A stretch of DNA of 64,000 nucleotides from an uncultured Candidatus Saccharibacteria bacterium (GCA_964593375.1 CAZQIF010000003.1:11210-75209), one strand, 5' to 3'; shown: positions 36,737 to 46,727, counted from the stretch's first letter. Notes: generated by a model from the letters alone, not told the origin. Program-made: numbers and translations.

Positions 36737-37324
36737 ATGAGTAATTTTTCTTCTAAAAAATTCAATCATATCGATTTACTCCGCAAACAATCGCGTTCAT
36801 ATCGAGTACTGCAGGAGATTTCAGCAGGCGATATGTTTGTTGGATTTCTTCTTTCTGCTCGGAGTACCAAACTTATGTACCAAGTTGCGCGACGACGCGC
36901 TCAAGAGCGATATCAAAACAAGAAAACAATTTTGGAGCTTAAGGCATCGGGATATGTGACCGAAAGGGAGGTCTCGGGTCAACCATCATTTTTCATTACC
37001 AAAGCGGGAAAACAGGCTTTGCGGGAAGTGTATCGAAAAGCGCATGCTCAGCACACAAAACCGGCCTCATGGGATGGTTTATGGCGAGTGGTTTCGTATG
37101 ATTTCCCTGAAGGTGAAAGGAGTGTTCGTAACTCTCTGCGGTATGTGCTTGAAAAAGCTCAGTTTTTGCAAATTCAAAAAAGCGTTTGGCTTTCGCCGTT
37201 TGACTCACAAGAACTTGAAAAGGTAATTGCGAGTCATACAGTGGCCAAAAATCATGTTGTCGTAATGGTTGTTCGCTCTATTTCTGAAGAAGAACGATAC
37301 AAGAAGCATTTTCGACTCAAGTAA
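36737..37324 (+). CDS. PaaX-like transcriptional regulator (start uncertain; the ORF is open back to 36632)
   Basis: C-terminal WDGLWRVVSYDFPEGERSVRNSLRYVLEKAQFLQIQKSVWLSP resembles the PaaX C-terminal WDGxW region. Low confidence because the call is by recollection only. Confidence 0.45.
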   Translation: MSNFSSKKFNHIDLLRKQSRSYRVLQEISAGDMFVGFLLSARSTKLMYQVARRRAQERYQNKKTILELKASGYVTEREVSGQPSFFITKAGKQALREVYRKAHAQHTKPASWDGLWRVVSYDFPEGERSVRNSLRYVLEKAQFLQIQKSVWLSPFDSQELEKVIASHTVAKNHVVVMVVRSISEEERYKKHFRLK

Positions 37325-37338
37325 TACCATCCACAACG

Positions 37339-37380
37339 GTATCACGCCTTTGTTGTCGTTCGACAACAAAGGCGTGATAC
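37339..37380. promoter_or_regulatory. second perfect palindrome, near-identical to 36674 to 36717
   Basis: GTATCACGCCTTTGTTGTCG tt CGACAACAAAGGCGTGATAC; differs from the first at two positions, mirrored in both arms. Confidence 0.5.
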
Positions 37381-37598
37381 ATTTTGGATCACATTTCGTT
37401 TCAGAGTCCGAAGGTTTGGAAATTTTAGGGTGGAGTGTAATGCAAGTGGGGTATAAACGGCTGGATTGTAGGATTGGGAGACGCCCATAAGGTGTGCGTG
37501 TTCTCCTAGCTTCGAGCTCCGGAGGTGGAAACCAAGCAGCGAAGTATGTAATTGGTAACCACTTTTATTAACCCCGAAAAGGAGTAGAATTTAAGTAT

Positions 37599-38495
37599 AT
37601 GAAACCTCTTTATCTGCCACATTCCCAAGGCACGTTCCTCGGAATAGTTGGCGTCGCTTTGTTATTATTCATACAATTCATTCCACAGATAGCTGACGCA
37701 GCGTCAGTGTGTTCATTCTATCGTGACCTCCGTATGGGAAATTCAGGTGAAGATGTACGCTGTCTTCAACAGTACCTCAATGAAGAGTACCTTGCGGGTA
37801 TTGGCTATACGCTCGGGACACCGAGTGGCGTATATGATGGCTACACACAGCAGGCAGTACAGTGGTGGCAACAAGCAAATAAGGTCAGTCCAGTAACAGG
37901 TAGTTTTGGTCCACTCTCACGAAGTCGCTACCATGCGCTCCCACATAACGGGCTTGTCATATACGATTCTGACGAAAATGATAGGTTCACGACAGGTGAT
38001 GAAGCAAATGCACAAAATGCGATTGAAGACGCTTTTGACGAGATTGAGAATGCAAAGGACGAGATAGATGATGCAAACAGTGGTGCGAACATTAGTCGAG
38101 CAGAAGACCTGCTTTGGGACGCATATGAAGAACTTCTTGATGCACTCCTCGCATATTTTGATATGGATTTTAACGACGCAGAAGATTTTGCAGATGATGC
38201 ACAGAATAGTGCGGAAGATGCATTCGATGAAGCAGAGGGGGACTCAAACAACCGCAATGACGACGTTGATGAACAGCTCGACGACGCATGGGATGAGTGG
38301 AACGACGCATGGGATGAATTCAGTGATGCGGAGGATGACGACGAAGACACAAATGATGCAGAAGACCTCCTTGAAGATGCAGAAGACCTCCTCAATGATG
38401 CTGAAGATGAACTCGATGATGATAATGAAGACGATGCGGAAGACCTTATCGAAGACGCGCTCGACCTCATAGACGAAGCATTGGATGAGTTTTAG
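37599..38495 (+). CDS. secreted peptidoglycan-binding-domain protein with an extremely acidic Asp/Glu/Ala-rich C-terminal half
   Basis: Signal peptide; PG_binding_1-like block (GNSGEDVRCLQQYLN...GIGY...DGYTQQAVQWWQ); about 180 aa of DAEDxL / DDAWDEW repeats. Confidence 0.6.
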   Translation: MKPLYLPHSQGTFLGIVGVALLLFIQFIPQIADAASVCSFYRDLRMGNSGEDVRCLQQYLNEEYLAGIGYTLGTPSGVYDGYTQQAVQWWQQANKVSPVTGSFGPLSRSRYHALPHNGLVIYDSDENDRFTTGDEANAQNAIEDAFDEIENAKDEIDDANSGANISRAEDLLWDAYEELLDALLAYFDMDFNDAEDFADDAQNSAEDAFDEAEGDSNNRNDDVDEQLDDAWDEWNDAWDEFSDAEDDDEDTNDAEDLLEDAEDLLNDAEDELDDDNEDDAEDLIEDALDLIDEALDEF

Positions 38496-38528
38496 TCAGT
38501 AGTAATATGTTGCGGTAGCCATTATTAA

Positions 38529-38587
38529 CTCTACTTGAAATTCCCGAGGCCTTGCCTCGGGAATTTAAGAAACGGCTGCTCGATGGG
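38529..38587. terminator. two tandem hairpins between convergent genes
   Basis: AATTCCCGAGGC cttg CCTCGGGAATT and ACGGCTGCTC gatg GGAGCAGCCGT. Confidence 0.45.
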
Positions 38588-38616
38588 AGCAGCCGTGTGG
38601 GAGGGGTGATTTTGAT

Positions 38617-38982
38617 CTAGTGTCGACGTTTAAAATCAAGAACAACACTGTTGTTTTTGTTTTTGGTCAGGGCCTCCTCGGATTGAAATTCTTTCTGAGG
38701 CTTTAAGTCGGCTAATGTATTGTAGATTAGAATCTCCTCGCACCGCCAGCAGTAGTGCACCGCCTCGCCATCTTCGGTGATACCAATACGGTTTGGCGTT
38801 CTGCAAAAGAGATGAGCCAGACCAGTAACTGTGCCACCTGAATGAATTGTTTTCTGAACTTCGCCCTTATCTCGGAGATGTAGCCGTTTTGCGGCTTGGC
38901 GGATTTGAAAGAAATTGGACGGTATTAAGACACCAAGACCCAATCCAATCAGAACAAAAAGCAGAATACTGTAAAAGAGCAC
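38617..38982 (-). CDS. hypothetical membrane-anchored Cys-rich protein
   Basis: N-terminal TM helix; FCRTP...YCWRCEE Cys pairs. Confidence 0.4.
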   Translation of the reverse strand: MLFYSILLFVLIGLGLGVLIPSNFFQIRQAAKRLHLRDKGEVQKTIHSGGTVTGLAHLFCRTPNRIGITEDGEAVHYCWRCEEILIYNTLADLKPQKEFQSEEALTKNKNNSVVLDFKRRH

Positions 38983-39077
38983 GTTTTTCTCCTTGTTAGA
39001 AGCAATGTATTTAAACCCTCAAACCTACAAGTTTCTACTTTAAATATGCTCCTAAGTTCATATTCAGTCAATTTGCT

Positions 39078-39113
39078 CAAAAAATCCCTGAATGGATATT
39101 CAGGGATTTTTTG
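39078..39113 (-). terminator. bidirectional-type terminator after the antiporter gene
   Basis: AAAAAATCCCTGAA tggata TTCAGGGATTTTTT. Confidence 0.5.
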
Positions 39114-39135
39114 TAGACAGGAGAGTGAGGACAAC

Positions 39136-41241
39136 TTATGAAGTCACGCGGGCATTGTCGCGTTCAAAGTGGTCAGTGAGTGCGATGGAAACTTTTGAAG
39201 TTACCATGTTGCGGTCACGGAGTTTCGCAAGGAGAATCGTCTCATTTTTGTAGAGAGAGAGTCGCGCGAGCGATTCATCGAGCTGACTAAACATAACGGG
39301 ATTCTCTTCACGGAGCGCTTCCATCTTTGAAAGAGAACCTTCGCGATAGTGCTCATAGAGCGCAATGGTCTCACGGATGATTTCATGGGGAAGGGTGAAG
39401 TCTGGAGTGAAACAGTCTTCAAGTTGCTTGAGTTCTTTTGTTACTTTGCGAGAAACAATTGCAAGGGCTCGATAGTAGAGGTACTTATTACGTGAAAGGT
39501 CGACTTCGGCTGGCTTTGGCTTCGTGAAATTGCGTAAGCCCTGCGCGAGAATCTCAAACACATCAAGTGAGCGACCGTACTCGTATTCATTTTCTTCATA
39601 TTGACCGTGTTCAATTGCTTGTGTCTGGTACTCGAGTTTTGACATGACACGCTTGATAATATCCTCAGTGATTTCGTTATATGCGAAAAGTTCATTTACG
39701 TATTTTCGCTCGATACCTATAGCGTGGAGTTTAATTACCTTGCGTAATGTCTCTGGCTCCTTCGTATGGAGCTTGAGGTCACCGAGCGCAAGTCGAATGC
39801 GCGTATGCTGCTCCTCGGTTAGTTCCTTGAACGCAGCCTCATTGACATAGCCTTTCTTGAAGGAATCCTCGAGTTTTTTTATGGTCGTGTTGTATACGTA
39901 CACAATCATCTCGCGGAAGTTAATCTCCTCAAGGAGTGTGAGCGTATCGAGCTTGAGTTTCTTCATAAAGAACCCAATCGTAGTCGCCTTGATGAAGAGC
40001 GTTGCAAAGACACAGCTAATGGTGAGGGTAAGAATGAGTTCTTTCGGAGTGAGCTCGAAAGTCCATCCGGGGAAAGTGAGTGTGTCTGGAATCATGAGTA
40101 CCATCGTGACCGCGAGTGCACCTCGGAGACTCCCCCAAGAGAGTACGTGTTGCCATGAGGTTGGAATTTTTCGTGCATCAGTTGTAAAGAAATTAAACGC
40201 TCGGACAACAGGGTAAATAGAGAGCGCACGTGAACCTGCAACTATGAGAATGGTCATGACAATTACTGGGATGAGTGCAATTGCCTCACGCGGAAGTTGA
40301 ATCGCGAGCATCCCGATGAGAATAAAAATGAGTGAGTTGGCAAGGAACGCGAACTGACTCCAGTACTTTTCAACGAATTCAGTTGCATGTGCGGGGAGCT
40401 TGTATCGTCCATAATTTCCCATGAGGAGGGAAGCAACCGCCGTCGCAATAATGGGTGAGAGGTGGATGGCCATACCACCAATCACGAGGTGTTGTGAGAG
40501 GAGGTCGGTACAAATAAACGTGAGGTGCGCGAGCACAATCGTGAGTGTCACTGCAGCATATTCGTTTGAGCGTGTGTAGCCAACGAGCTTCGCAAAGATT
40601 CCACCCGAAACAAGTCCGAAGATAATACCGCCAATAACCATGAAAATAAATGAGAGTGTGCCGTGTGCGATGTCGCTTACGCCATAGAGGCCTGATTCAG
40701 CAATGGCGAGGACAACGAGAAAGAGCGCAACACCCGTTCCATCGTTAAAAATACTTTCTCCTTCAAAAATAAGTGAGAGTCTGCGTGGAGCACCATATTC
40801 TTTAAAGAGTGCGAGTACTGCGACTGGGTCGGTTGCGGAGATGATTGACCCAAAGAGGAGTGAGAAGATAAATGGAATGTCGAGGTGCATGAGTCCAAAC
40901 GCAATATCAAGACCAAACGCAATCGCGACTGCCGAAACGAGGAGGCTTATGACCGAGAGTACGCTGATGATGACCGCATCGTCCGTGAGGCGCTTGATGT
41001 GAATGCTGAACGCCGACTCAAATATGAGTGTCGGAAGGAAGATATAAAAGAGAAGTTCCGGGGTGAGCGTGAGGTCATCAATAAATCCAAACTTTGAGGT
41101 GAATGAGAGTGCTCCAAGAAACACACCAATGAGCACAAGAATCACTGTGTGGGGGATTTTTGCACGCTGGGCAAGGAATAATGAAATACTCGAAATCGCG
41201 AGCATGATGAACATCGCGAGTGCTGATTCTACAGTAAGCAT
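39136..41241 (-). CDS. Na+/H+ antiporter (CPA1/NhaP type) with a large C-terminal cytoplasmic domain
   Basis: About 12 TM helices in the first 420 aa; about 280-aa soluble C-terminal domain. Confidence 0.75.
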   Translation of the reverse strand: MLTVESALAMFIMLAISSISLFLAQRAKIPHTVILVLIGVFLGALSFTSKFGFIDDLTLTPELLFYIFLPTLIFESAFSIHIKRLTDDAVIISVLSVISLLVSAVAIAFGLDIAFGLMHLDIPFIFSLLFGSIISATDPVAVLALFKEYGAPRRLSLIFEGESIFNDGTGVALFLVVLAIAESGLYGVSDIAHGTLSFIFMVIGGIIFGLVSGGIFAKLVGYTRSNEYAAVTLTIVLAHLTFICTDLLSQHLVIGGMAIHLSPIIATAVASLLMGNYGRYKLPAHATEFVEKYWSQFAFLANSLIFILIGMLAIQLPREAIALIPVIVMTILIVAGSRALSIYPVVRAFNFFTTDARKIPTSWQHVLSWGSLRGALAVTMVLMIPDTLTFPGWTFELTPKELILTLTISCVFATLFIKATTIGFFMKKLKLDTLTLLEEINFREMIVYVYNTTIKKLEDSFKKGYVNEAAFKELTEEQHTRIRLALGDLKLHTKEPETLRKVIKLHAIGIERKYVNELFAYNEITEDIIKRVMSKLEYQTQAIEHGQYEENEYEYGRSLDVFEILAQGLRNFTKPKPAEVDLSRNKYLYYRALAIVSRKVTKELKQLEDCFTPDFTLPHEIIRETIALYEHYREGSLSKMEALREENPVMFSQLDESLARLSLYKNETILLAKLRDRNMVTSKVSIALTDHFERDNARVTS

Positions 41242-41284
41242 AAGAATTAATTTGGTGTTAAAAATGTTGAGCTAATAAAATAAA

Positions 41285-41310
41285 AAACAAAAAAAAGCGT
41301 ATAACGCTTA
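41285..41310 (-). terminator. hairpin plus U-tract after the CBS gene
   Basis: Minus strand reads CACTTAAGCGTTATACGCTTTTTTTTG. Confidence 0.4.
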
Positions 41311-41336
41311 AGTGTCCCCAGAGAGATACGGAGAAC

Positions 41337-41795
41337 CTATGCAGTATCTCTGATGTTGAGGAATTTTGCAAGAATATGCTTGAGACCTCGTCGTGAGACG
41401 AATCCAATTGGGCGATCATCATGGTCAACGATTGGAATATGAGCCGTCTGATTTGCAATGGCAGTCGCAGCAATACTCATGAGACTATCATCAACATGAA
41501 TGGGTTGAATATCGACGGTCATAAAATCCGCGACAGTCTTTTCAGATGCGTTTTTGACTGCTTCCTTGAAGGCTTCTTCGGTTGAGAATTCTTCCATAAT
41601 ACTGTCGCCGTCGAGGTATTCGGGAACAATGGCATCGAGGAGATCAGATACATTTACTTCTCCGGTGAGTATACCTTCATCATTAACCACAAGGAGAGAG
41701 TTGGTCTGCTTTTTGACCATGGTAGAAATCGCATCATGAAAGGTTGCATTTTCACTGATGACGACAGCCTCTTTTGCAATATCCTTTATCTGCAT
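41337..41795 (-). CDS. tandem CBS-domain protein
   Basis: Two CBS repeats; start set at MQIKDIAK to avoid overlapping the divergent helicase gene. Confidence 0.65.
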   Translation of the reverse strand: MQIKDIAKEAVVISENATFHDAISTMVKKQTNSLLVVNDEGILTGEVNVSDLLDAIVPEYLDGDSIMEEFSTEEAFKEAVKNASEKTVADFMTVDIQPIHVDDSLMSIAATAIANQTAHIPIVDHDDRPIGFVSRRGLKHILAKFLNIRDTA

Positions 41796-41852
41796 ACCCC
41801 TTAATGATACTCCGGTCGTGGAGAAAGTAAATATCTTCTGTATAATGCCTAC

Positions 41853-44843
41853 ATGCAAAACTCACTCTTTGATGAGGCATATAAACGGCTTAATCCAGCC
41901 CAAAAAGAGGCTGTAGACACCATAGAAGGGCCAGTAATGGTCATAGCGGGGCCGGGGACAGGGAAGACGCAGATTCTCACCCTCCGCATTGCAAACATAC
42001 TCCTTAAGACGGATACACGCCCTGAGAATATTTTGGCGCTCACCTTCACCGAATCAGGCGCTCGCGCGATGCGCGAGCGCCTGGCATCCTACATTGGTGC
42101 GCCTGCATACCGTGTTCCGATATACACATTCCATGAATTTGCCGGAATCCTCATTCGTACCTACCCCGAAGCCTATGAGCGAGCGGTGGGCGGAAAGCCG
42201 ATTACTGACCTTGAGAAAATCACGCTCATTGAGTCGCTCCTTGCATCGCCTGATGTTAAGCAACTTCGCCCCCACGGAAATCACGAATTTTATGTAAAGC
42301 CAATCATGAGCGCACTCTCGCTCATGAAGCGTGAGTACATTACGCCTGACCGTTTAGCGGAAATTATTGTCGAGCAAGAAGCAGTACTTAACGAGACACC
42401 AAAGATTCATGAAAAAGGTGTACATAAAGGAAAGGTCCGTAGCGAGTACATCGACCGTGAAAAGCATCTACTCAAAAATCGTGAACTACTTTTTATCTAT
42501 CGTGCGTATGAGTCAGCGCTTCAAGGAGAAGGGCAATACGATTTTGAGGACATGATTTTTGAGACGGTGAAAGCGATGGAGGGAAGTGAGGACATGCTAC
42601 GTTCACTCCAAGAAACGTACCAGTACATTTTGGCCGATGAACACCAAGACGTGAACGGAAGTCAAAACCGCATTCTCGAACTCCTCGCGTCATTCCATGA
42701 GAACCCCAATATGTTTGTCGTAGGGGACGAAAAACAAGCAATCTATCGATTTCAGGGAGCCTCACTCGAAAACTTTTTATACTTTGAAGAAAAATTCCCG
42801 AACACCAAAACAATTGCACTCACCGCTAATTATCGTTCCGCACAGAATATTCTCGACCTTTCACATGAGCTTATTGTCGTCGATGCAGGTTCTGCTTCAG
42901 AACTTCGTGTTCCGCTTACCGCAATAAAGAAAGAGACAGGAGTCATCGAACGACGCGCGTTTAGTCATGAAGCAGTTGAACATGAGTATGTGATTAGTGC
43001 AGTAGAAAAGCTCATTGCGGATAGTACGCCACTCGAGGAAATTGCGATTATACTGCGAACAAACCGTGAGGTTGAAGAGTTTGCAACACTTCTTAGAAAG
43101 CGCGGTATTTCGGCGGAGGCTTCGGCTGATGGTGATATTCTCTATCATCCGATTACCACTTCAGTGCGTGAACTCATTGATGCAGTTATTCATCCAGAAG
43201 ACGAGCGAGCGCTCGCGGGAGTACTCATGAGTGGGTATAGTGGCATCGCGGTTCAGGATATTGTGCGCATCATGCGTGCGCGCACATACAGTCGACCACT
43301 CACTGCAATTGTTGCTGATACCGAAGGAATGCAGGAACTTGGTGTGACCGACGCTCCACGTGTGAGTCATCTTGTGGAGGTTCTAATGGAAGCACGTAAG
43401 CGTATGTCGCTTGAGGCACCACATCGCGTGCTTGAGTATATGCTCCGAGAAACAGGGCTTCTTGACCATGCAATTGCCTATGACCCGTACGATGGCGGGC
43501 GCGTGATTCGTCGACTCTACGATGAAGTTGAAGAAATGGTTCGCCACGAAGAAGTACAAACGCTCGCGGATATTGGTATGATGTTTAAGCTCCGCATTCT
43601 CCACGGATTGCCACTTAACGCACCGTACATTCGTGCCAATCGCCATGCGGTGCAGGTCATGACAGCACATAAAGCAAAAGGACTCGAGTTTCTCCATGTA
43701 TTTATTCCACACCTCACTGATTCACGGTGGGGCGGAAAAACACGCACTGAATATTTCCGTATCCCGATTACGCACCATAAGGGCGCTGAGGAGCATGACC
43801 AAAATGATGATGAGCGAAAGCTTCTCTATGTTGCACAGACGCGCGCAAAAATCGGTCTCTATATGAGTTCGAGTGAAACGAGCGCTGAGGGTCGCACGCT
43901 TCTTCCGACGCGACTTCTTGAAGATGTTGGTGCATCGACCATCGGTGAAGTTGATGTCTCACCACTTGAAAGTGCCTTTAATCCAACTGACTCTGTGGTG
44001 CACAAAGACACGCGCATGCCGATTGATGCAACGCTCCTTAAAACCGTACTTCACGAGCGTGGGCTTTCTGCAACGGCACTCAATAACTATTTGCGTGACC
44101 CGTGGAATTATTTCTTTCGCAACGTACTGCATATTCCCGAAGTACAGGAGGAGAGCGCACAGTTTGGTACTGCCCTCCATGATACGCTCCGTGCAGTGAT
44201 GCACTACAGACGTGAACATGGTGAACTTCCGAACACTACAACACTCAAGACTTTTCTTGAGCGAGAACTTAAAAAGCTTCCGATTACCCACACCGAGTAT
44301 GTGCGACACCATGAGCGTGGACTGGTTGCCCTTACGACGTACCTCGGGTATGTAGAAAACGCACTTCCTCACGAAACGAAAGAAGAATATGGTATCGAAT
44401 CAGTGCTCCAAACGGGTGATACAGAAATTCCTGAAGTGCGTCTTACGGGAAAACTCGACCGTCTCGATTTTGATACCGCAGGGCGCATAGTGCGCGTTGT
44501 AGACTACAAATCAGGGAAACCTAAGACACGTGGATACATCGAGGGAACGACAAAAGATTCAACCGGTGACTACAAGCGCCAACTCACATTTTATGCATTT
44601 ATGCTCTCACTCCAGAGTGATGAGCGACTTGTGTGTCGTGATGGCCTCCTCTCATTTGTTGAAGCGGATGAAAAGGGAAAGATTCACGAAGAAGCTTTTA
44701 CCATAACGGATGAGGAAATTGAAACACTTAAAGCGGAAGTTATTCGAATCGCCCTAGAAATCGGAAAAGGCGCGTTTTTAGACGCGCCTTGTGATCCTCT
44801 CATGTGTACCTATTGTGATTTGGTAGCACGGCTTCGAAAATAA
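41853..44843 (+). CDS. UvrD/PcrA-family helicase fused to a C-terminal RecB-like PD-(D/E)xK nuclease with a Cys cluster
   Basis: Walker A AGPGTGKT and DEHQD; C-terminal VRVVDYKSGK, QLTFYAFML and CDPLMCTYCDL. Confidence 0.8.
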   Translation: MQNSLFDEAYKRLNPAQKEAVDTIEGPVMVIAGPGTGKTQILTLRIANILLKTDTRPENILALTFTESGARAMRERLASYIGAPAYRVPIYTFHEFAGILIRTYPEAYERAVGGKPITDLEKITLIESLLASPDVKQLRPHGNHEFYVKPIMSALSLMKREYITPDRLAEIIVEQEAVLNETPKIHEKGVHKGKVRSEYIDREKHLLKNRELLFIYRAYESALQGEGQYDFEDMIFETVKAMEGSEDMLRSLQETYQYILADEHQDVNGSQNRILELLASFHENPNMFVVGDEKQAIYRFQGASLENFLYFEEKFPNTKTIALTANYRSAQNILDLSHELIVVDAGSASELRVPLTAIKKETGVIERRAFSHEAVEHEYVISAVEKLIADSTPLEEIAIILRTNREVEEFATLLRKRGISAEASADGDILYHPITTSVRELIDAVIHPEDERALAGVLMSGYSGIAVQDIVRIMRARTYSRPLTAIVADTEGMQELGVTDAPRVSHLVEVLMEARKRMSLEAPHRVLEYMLRETGLLDHAIAYDPYDGGRVIRRLYDEVEEMVRHEEVQTLADIGMMFKLRILHGLPLNAPYIRANRHAVQVMTAHKAKGLEFLHVFIPHLTDSRWGGKTRTEYFRIPITHHKGAEEHDQNDDERKLLYVAQTRAKIGLYMSSSETSAEGRTLLPTRLLEDVGASTIGEVDVSPLESAFNPTDSVVHKDTRMPIDATLLKTVLHERGLSATALNNYLRDPWNYFFRNVLHIPEVQEESAQFGTALHDTLRAVMHYRREHGELPNTTTLKTFLERELKKLPITHTEYVRHHERGLVALTTYLGYVENALPHETKEEYGIESVLQTGDTEIPEVRLTGKLDRLDFDTAGRIVRVVDYKSGKPKTRGYIEGTTKDSTGDYKRQLTFYAFMLSLQSDERLVCRDGLLSFVEADEKGKIHEEAFTITDEEIETLKAEVIRIALEIGKGAFLDAPCDPLMCTYCDLVARLRK

Positions 44844-44850
44844 TCAGAAA

Positions 44851-45624
44851 TTATTTTATTGCATTATTAATGATTTGCTTTACCGTTTCGTAGGGCTGGG
44901 CTCCATTTATCGGCACTCGTTCATTTCCTACAATGAGATATGAGAACGGCGTTCCTTGCGCACCTGCTGCTGTCGCTGCGGCAATGTCCGACTGAATTTT
45001 TTCAGCATACTTATCGCTATTGAGGCAGAGCTCGAATTTGCCCTTATCGACACCTGCGGTTGTTGCAAACTCTGAGAGACGAGTTACGTTTGTTGGTTCA
45101 ACACTTTTGAGTGAACCGTTTGCATCGTACTCGACTTTCCGTGAGGCATTGAGAGCATCGAGGAATTTCCAAAAGGATTCATTTCCGCCAAGTTCACTCA
45201 CACACTCAGATGCCATGGCGATTTTAGGGGCGTCTGGGTGAAGTTGTACAATCGGGAATTGACGAAAAACCCACGCAACTTTTCCATCAGAACCAAAATC
45301 AGCCATAATCTTATTCATGGTGTCATGAAAGAGGCGACAGAATGGACAATCAATATCTGAATACTCAACAATCATGATTGGTGCGTTTGGATTGCCACGG
45401 ATGTGATCAGCTTCGGTAACGGGTGCAACATCAACCTCTGGAGTAACTTGTTGTGCAGGGTCATTTCCTGTTCCGCCAACTTTCACCACATCTTTTGATG
45501 TTTGTTGTACGCCACTCATGTAGATTGCTCCCGCGATAAGCGCAGCGGCAATCACGATGGCGACTGGAATTCCGAGATTGTTTGCTCTCGATGCAACTGC
45601 TGATGTGTTTTGTGTTTCTTCCAT
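44851..45624 (-). CDS. DsbA-like thiol:disulfide oxidoreductase (membrane-anchored thioredoxin fold)
   Basis: N-terminal TM; CPFC active site. Confidence 0.6.
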   Translation of the reverse strand: MEETQNTSAVASRANNLGIPVAIVIAAALIAGAIYMSGVQQTSKDVVKVGGTGNDPAQQVTPEVDVAPVTEADHIRGNPNAPIMIVEYSDIDCPFCRLFHDTMNKIMADFGSDGKVAWVFRQFPIVQLHPDAPKIAMASECVSELGGNESFWKFLDALNASRKVEYDANGSLKSVEPTNVTRLSEFATTAGVDKGKFELCLNSDKYAEKIQSDIAAATAAGAQGTPFSYLIVGNERVPINGAQPYETVKQIINNAIK

Positions 45625-45687
45625 GCTTGCTTAGAATGCTTAGATTTTATTAATGATTGTAATGAATTTAGAAAATCTTAGCTGTGG

Positions 45688-45772
45688 CCAGAAATTAAGG
45701 AATGAAATGACTATAATTTCTGAGTCTGTCGATTTTTCTTCTTCATTGAAGAAAAATCGACCATACCCTTTC
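45688..45772 (+). repeat. intergenic repeat family 1, copy C
   Basis: CCAGAAATTAAGGAATGAAATGACTATAATTTCTGAGTCTGTC, then stem GTCGATTTTTCTTC...GAAGAAAAATCGAC; 47 of 50 nt identical to copy A in the 5' part. Confidence 0.6.
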
Positions 45773-45892
45773 CATAATGTTTTCTGGTGACGAACGAACT
45801 CTAGTTTCACTACTTTCGGTCTTTACTTGTAAACTATTTTGTATCGACAAGTATACCATACACACTCATTTTGACATGCTATACTGCTTGGG

Positions 45893-46702
45893 ATGGATAT
45901 ACTTTCTGCCATTATTTTGGGTTGTGTTCAGGGAATCACTGAATTTCTGCCCGTTTCCTCAACCGGTCATCTTGTGCTCATGCATGAGGTGCTTGGTATA
46001 GAAGACGCGAACTCACTCGCTTTTGATGCACTCCTACACCTTGCAACCGCAGGTGCAGTGATTGTCTATTATTTTGATGAAATACTGATACTGGTACAAA
46101 CGGTCCTCCGTAAGCTCGGCAGACTTCCGGTGAATGAAAAAGATTTGACTATCGTTAAAGCAATCGCTGCGGCTACTGTTCCAGCGGTCATTCTCGGATT
46201 ACTGCTTGAGTCATATATGGAAACGGTCTTTCGTCATCCAATACTCGTAGCAATCGTGCTTGTGATTGGTTCAGTATTCTTCATGTACGTTGAGTATCAA
46301 TACCAGAACACTCCTGCTGGTCGCGATATCGATGCGGGGATGGGACTCAAAATTGGTTTCTTTCAGTCACTCGCGCTCATTCCTGGATTTTCTCGCTCGG
46401 GTGCTTCAATTGCGGGAGGTATGCTCCTTGGACTCACGCGCGCGGAAGCGGCGCGTTTTGCATTCCTTATTTCGGTTCCAGTAATTCTCGGGGCAGGGGT
46501 TAAGAAACTTATTGAACTCATTTCATCCGATGTTGCAGTTGCGTGGCTTCCCATTAGCATGGGAGCACTCTGCGCTTTTATCGTAGGACTTCTCGCAATT
46601 CACTTTATGATTTCGTTCGTGAAGAAATATACTTTGTGGCCGTTTATTTGGTATAGGATTATTCTTGCATCCTTTATCATATTCGTATTCATTTTCAACT
46701 GA
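45893..46702 (+). CDS. uppP: undecaprenyl-diphosphatase
   Basis: BacA/UppP motifs (GITEFLPVSSTGHL, SRSGASI). Confidence 0.88.
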   Translation: MDILSAIILGCVQGITEFLPVSSTGHLVLMHEVLGIEDANSLAFDALLHLATAGAVIVYYFDEILILVQTVLRKLGRLPVNEKDLTIVKAIAAATVPAVILGLLLESYMETVFRHPILVAIVLVIGSVFFMYVEYQYQNTPAGRDIDAGMGLKIGFFQSLALIPGFSRSGASIAGGMLLGLTRAEAARFAFLISVPVILGAGVKKLIELISSDVAVAWLPISMGALCAFIVGLLAIHFMISFVKKYTLWPFIWYRIILASFIIFVFIFN

Positions 46703-46727
46703 CCCGAAAATAATGAGCCGAAGGCGA

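Noticed and set aside
37928-38470. 180-aa Ser-rich minus-strand ORF and 134-aa Met/Thr-rich plus-strand ORF
   Set aside because: Alternative-frame shadows of the GAxGAx-type codon repeats encoding the acidic tail.
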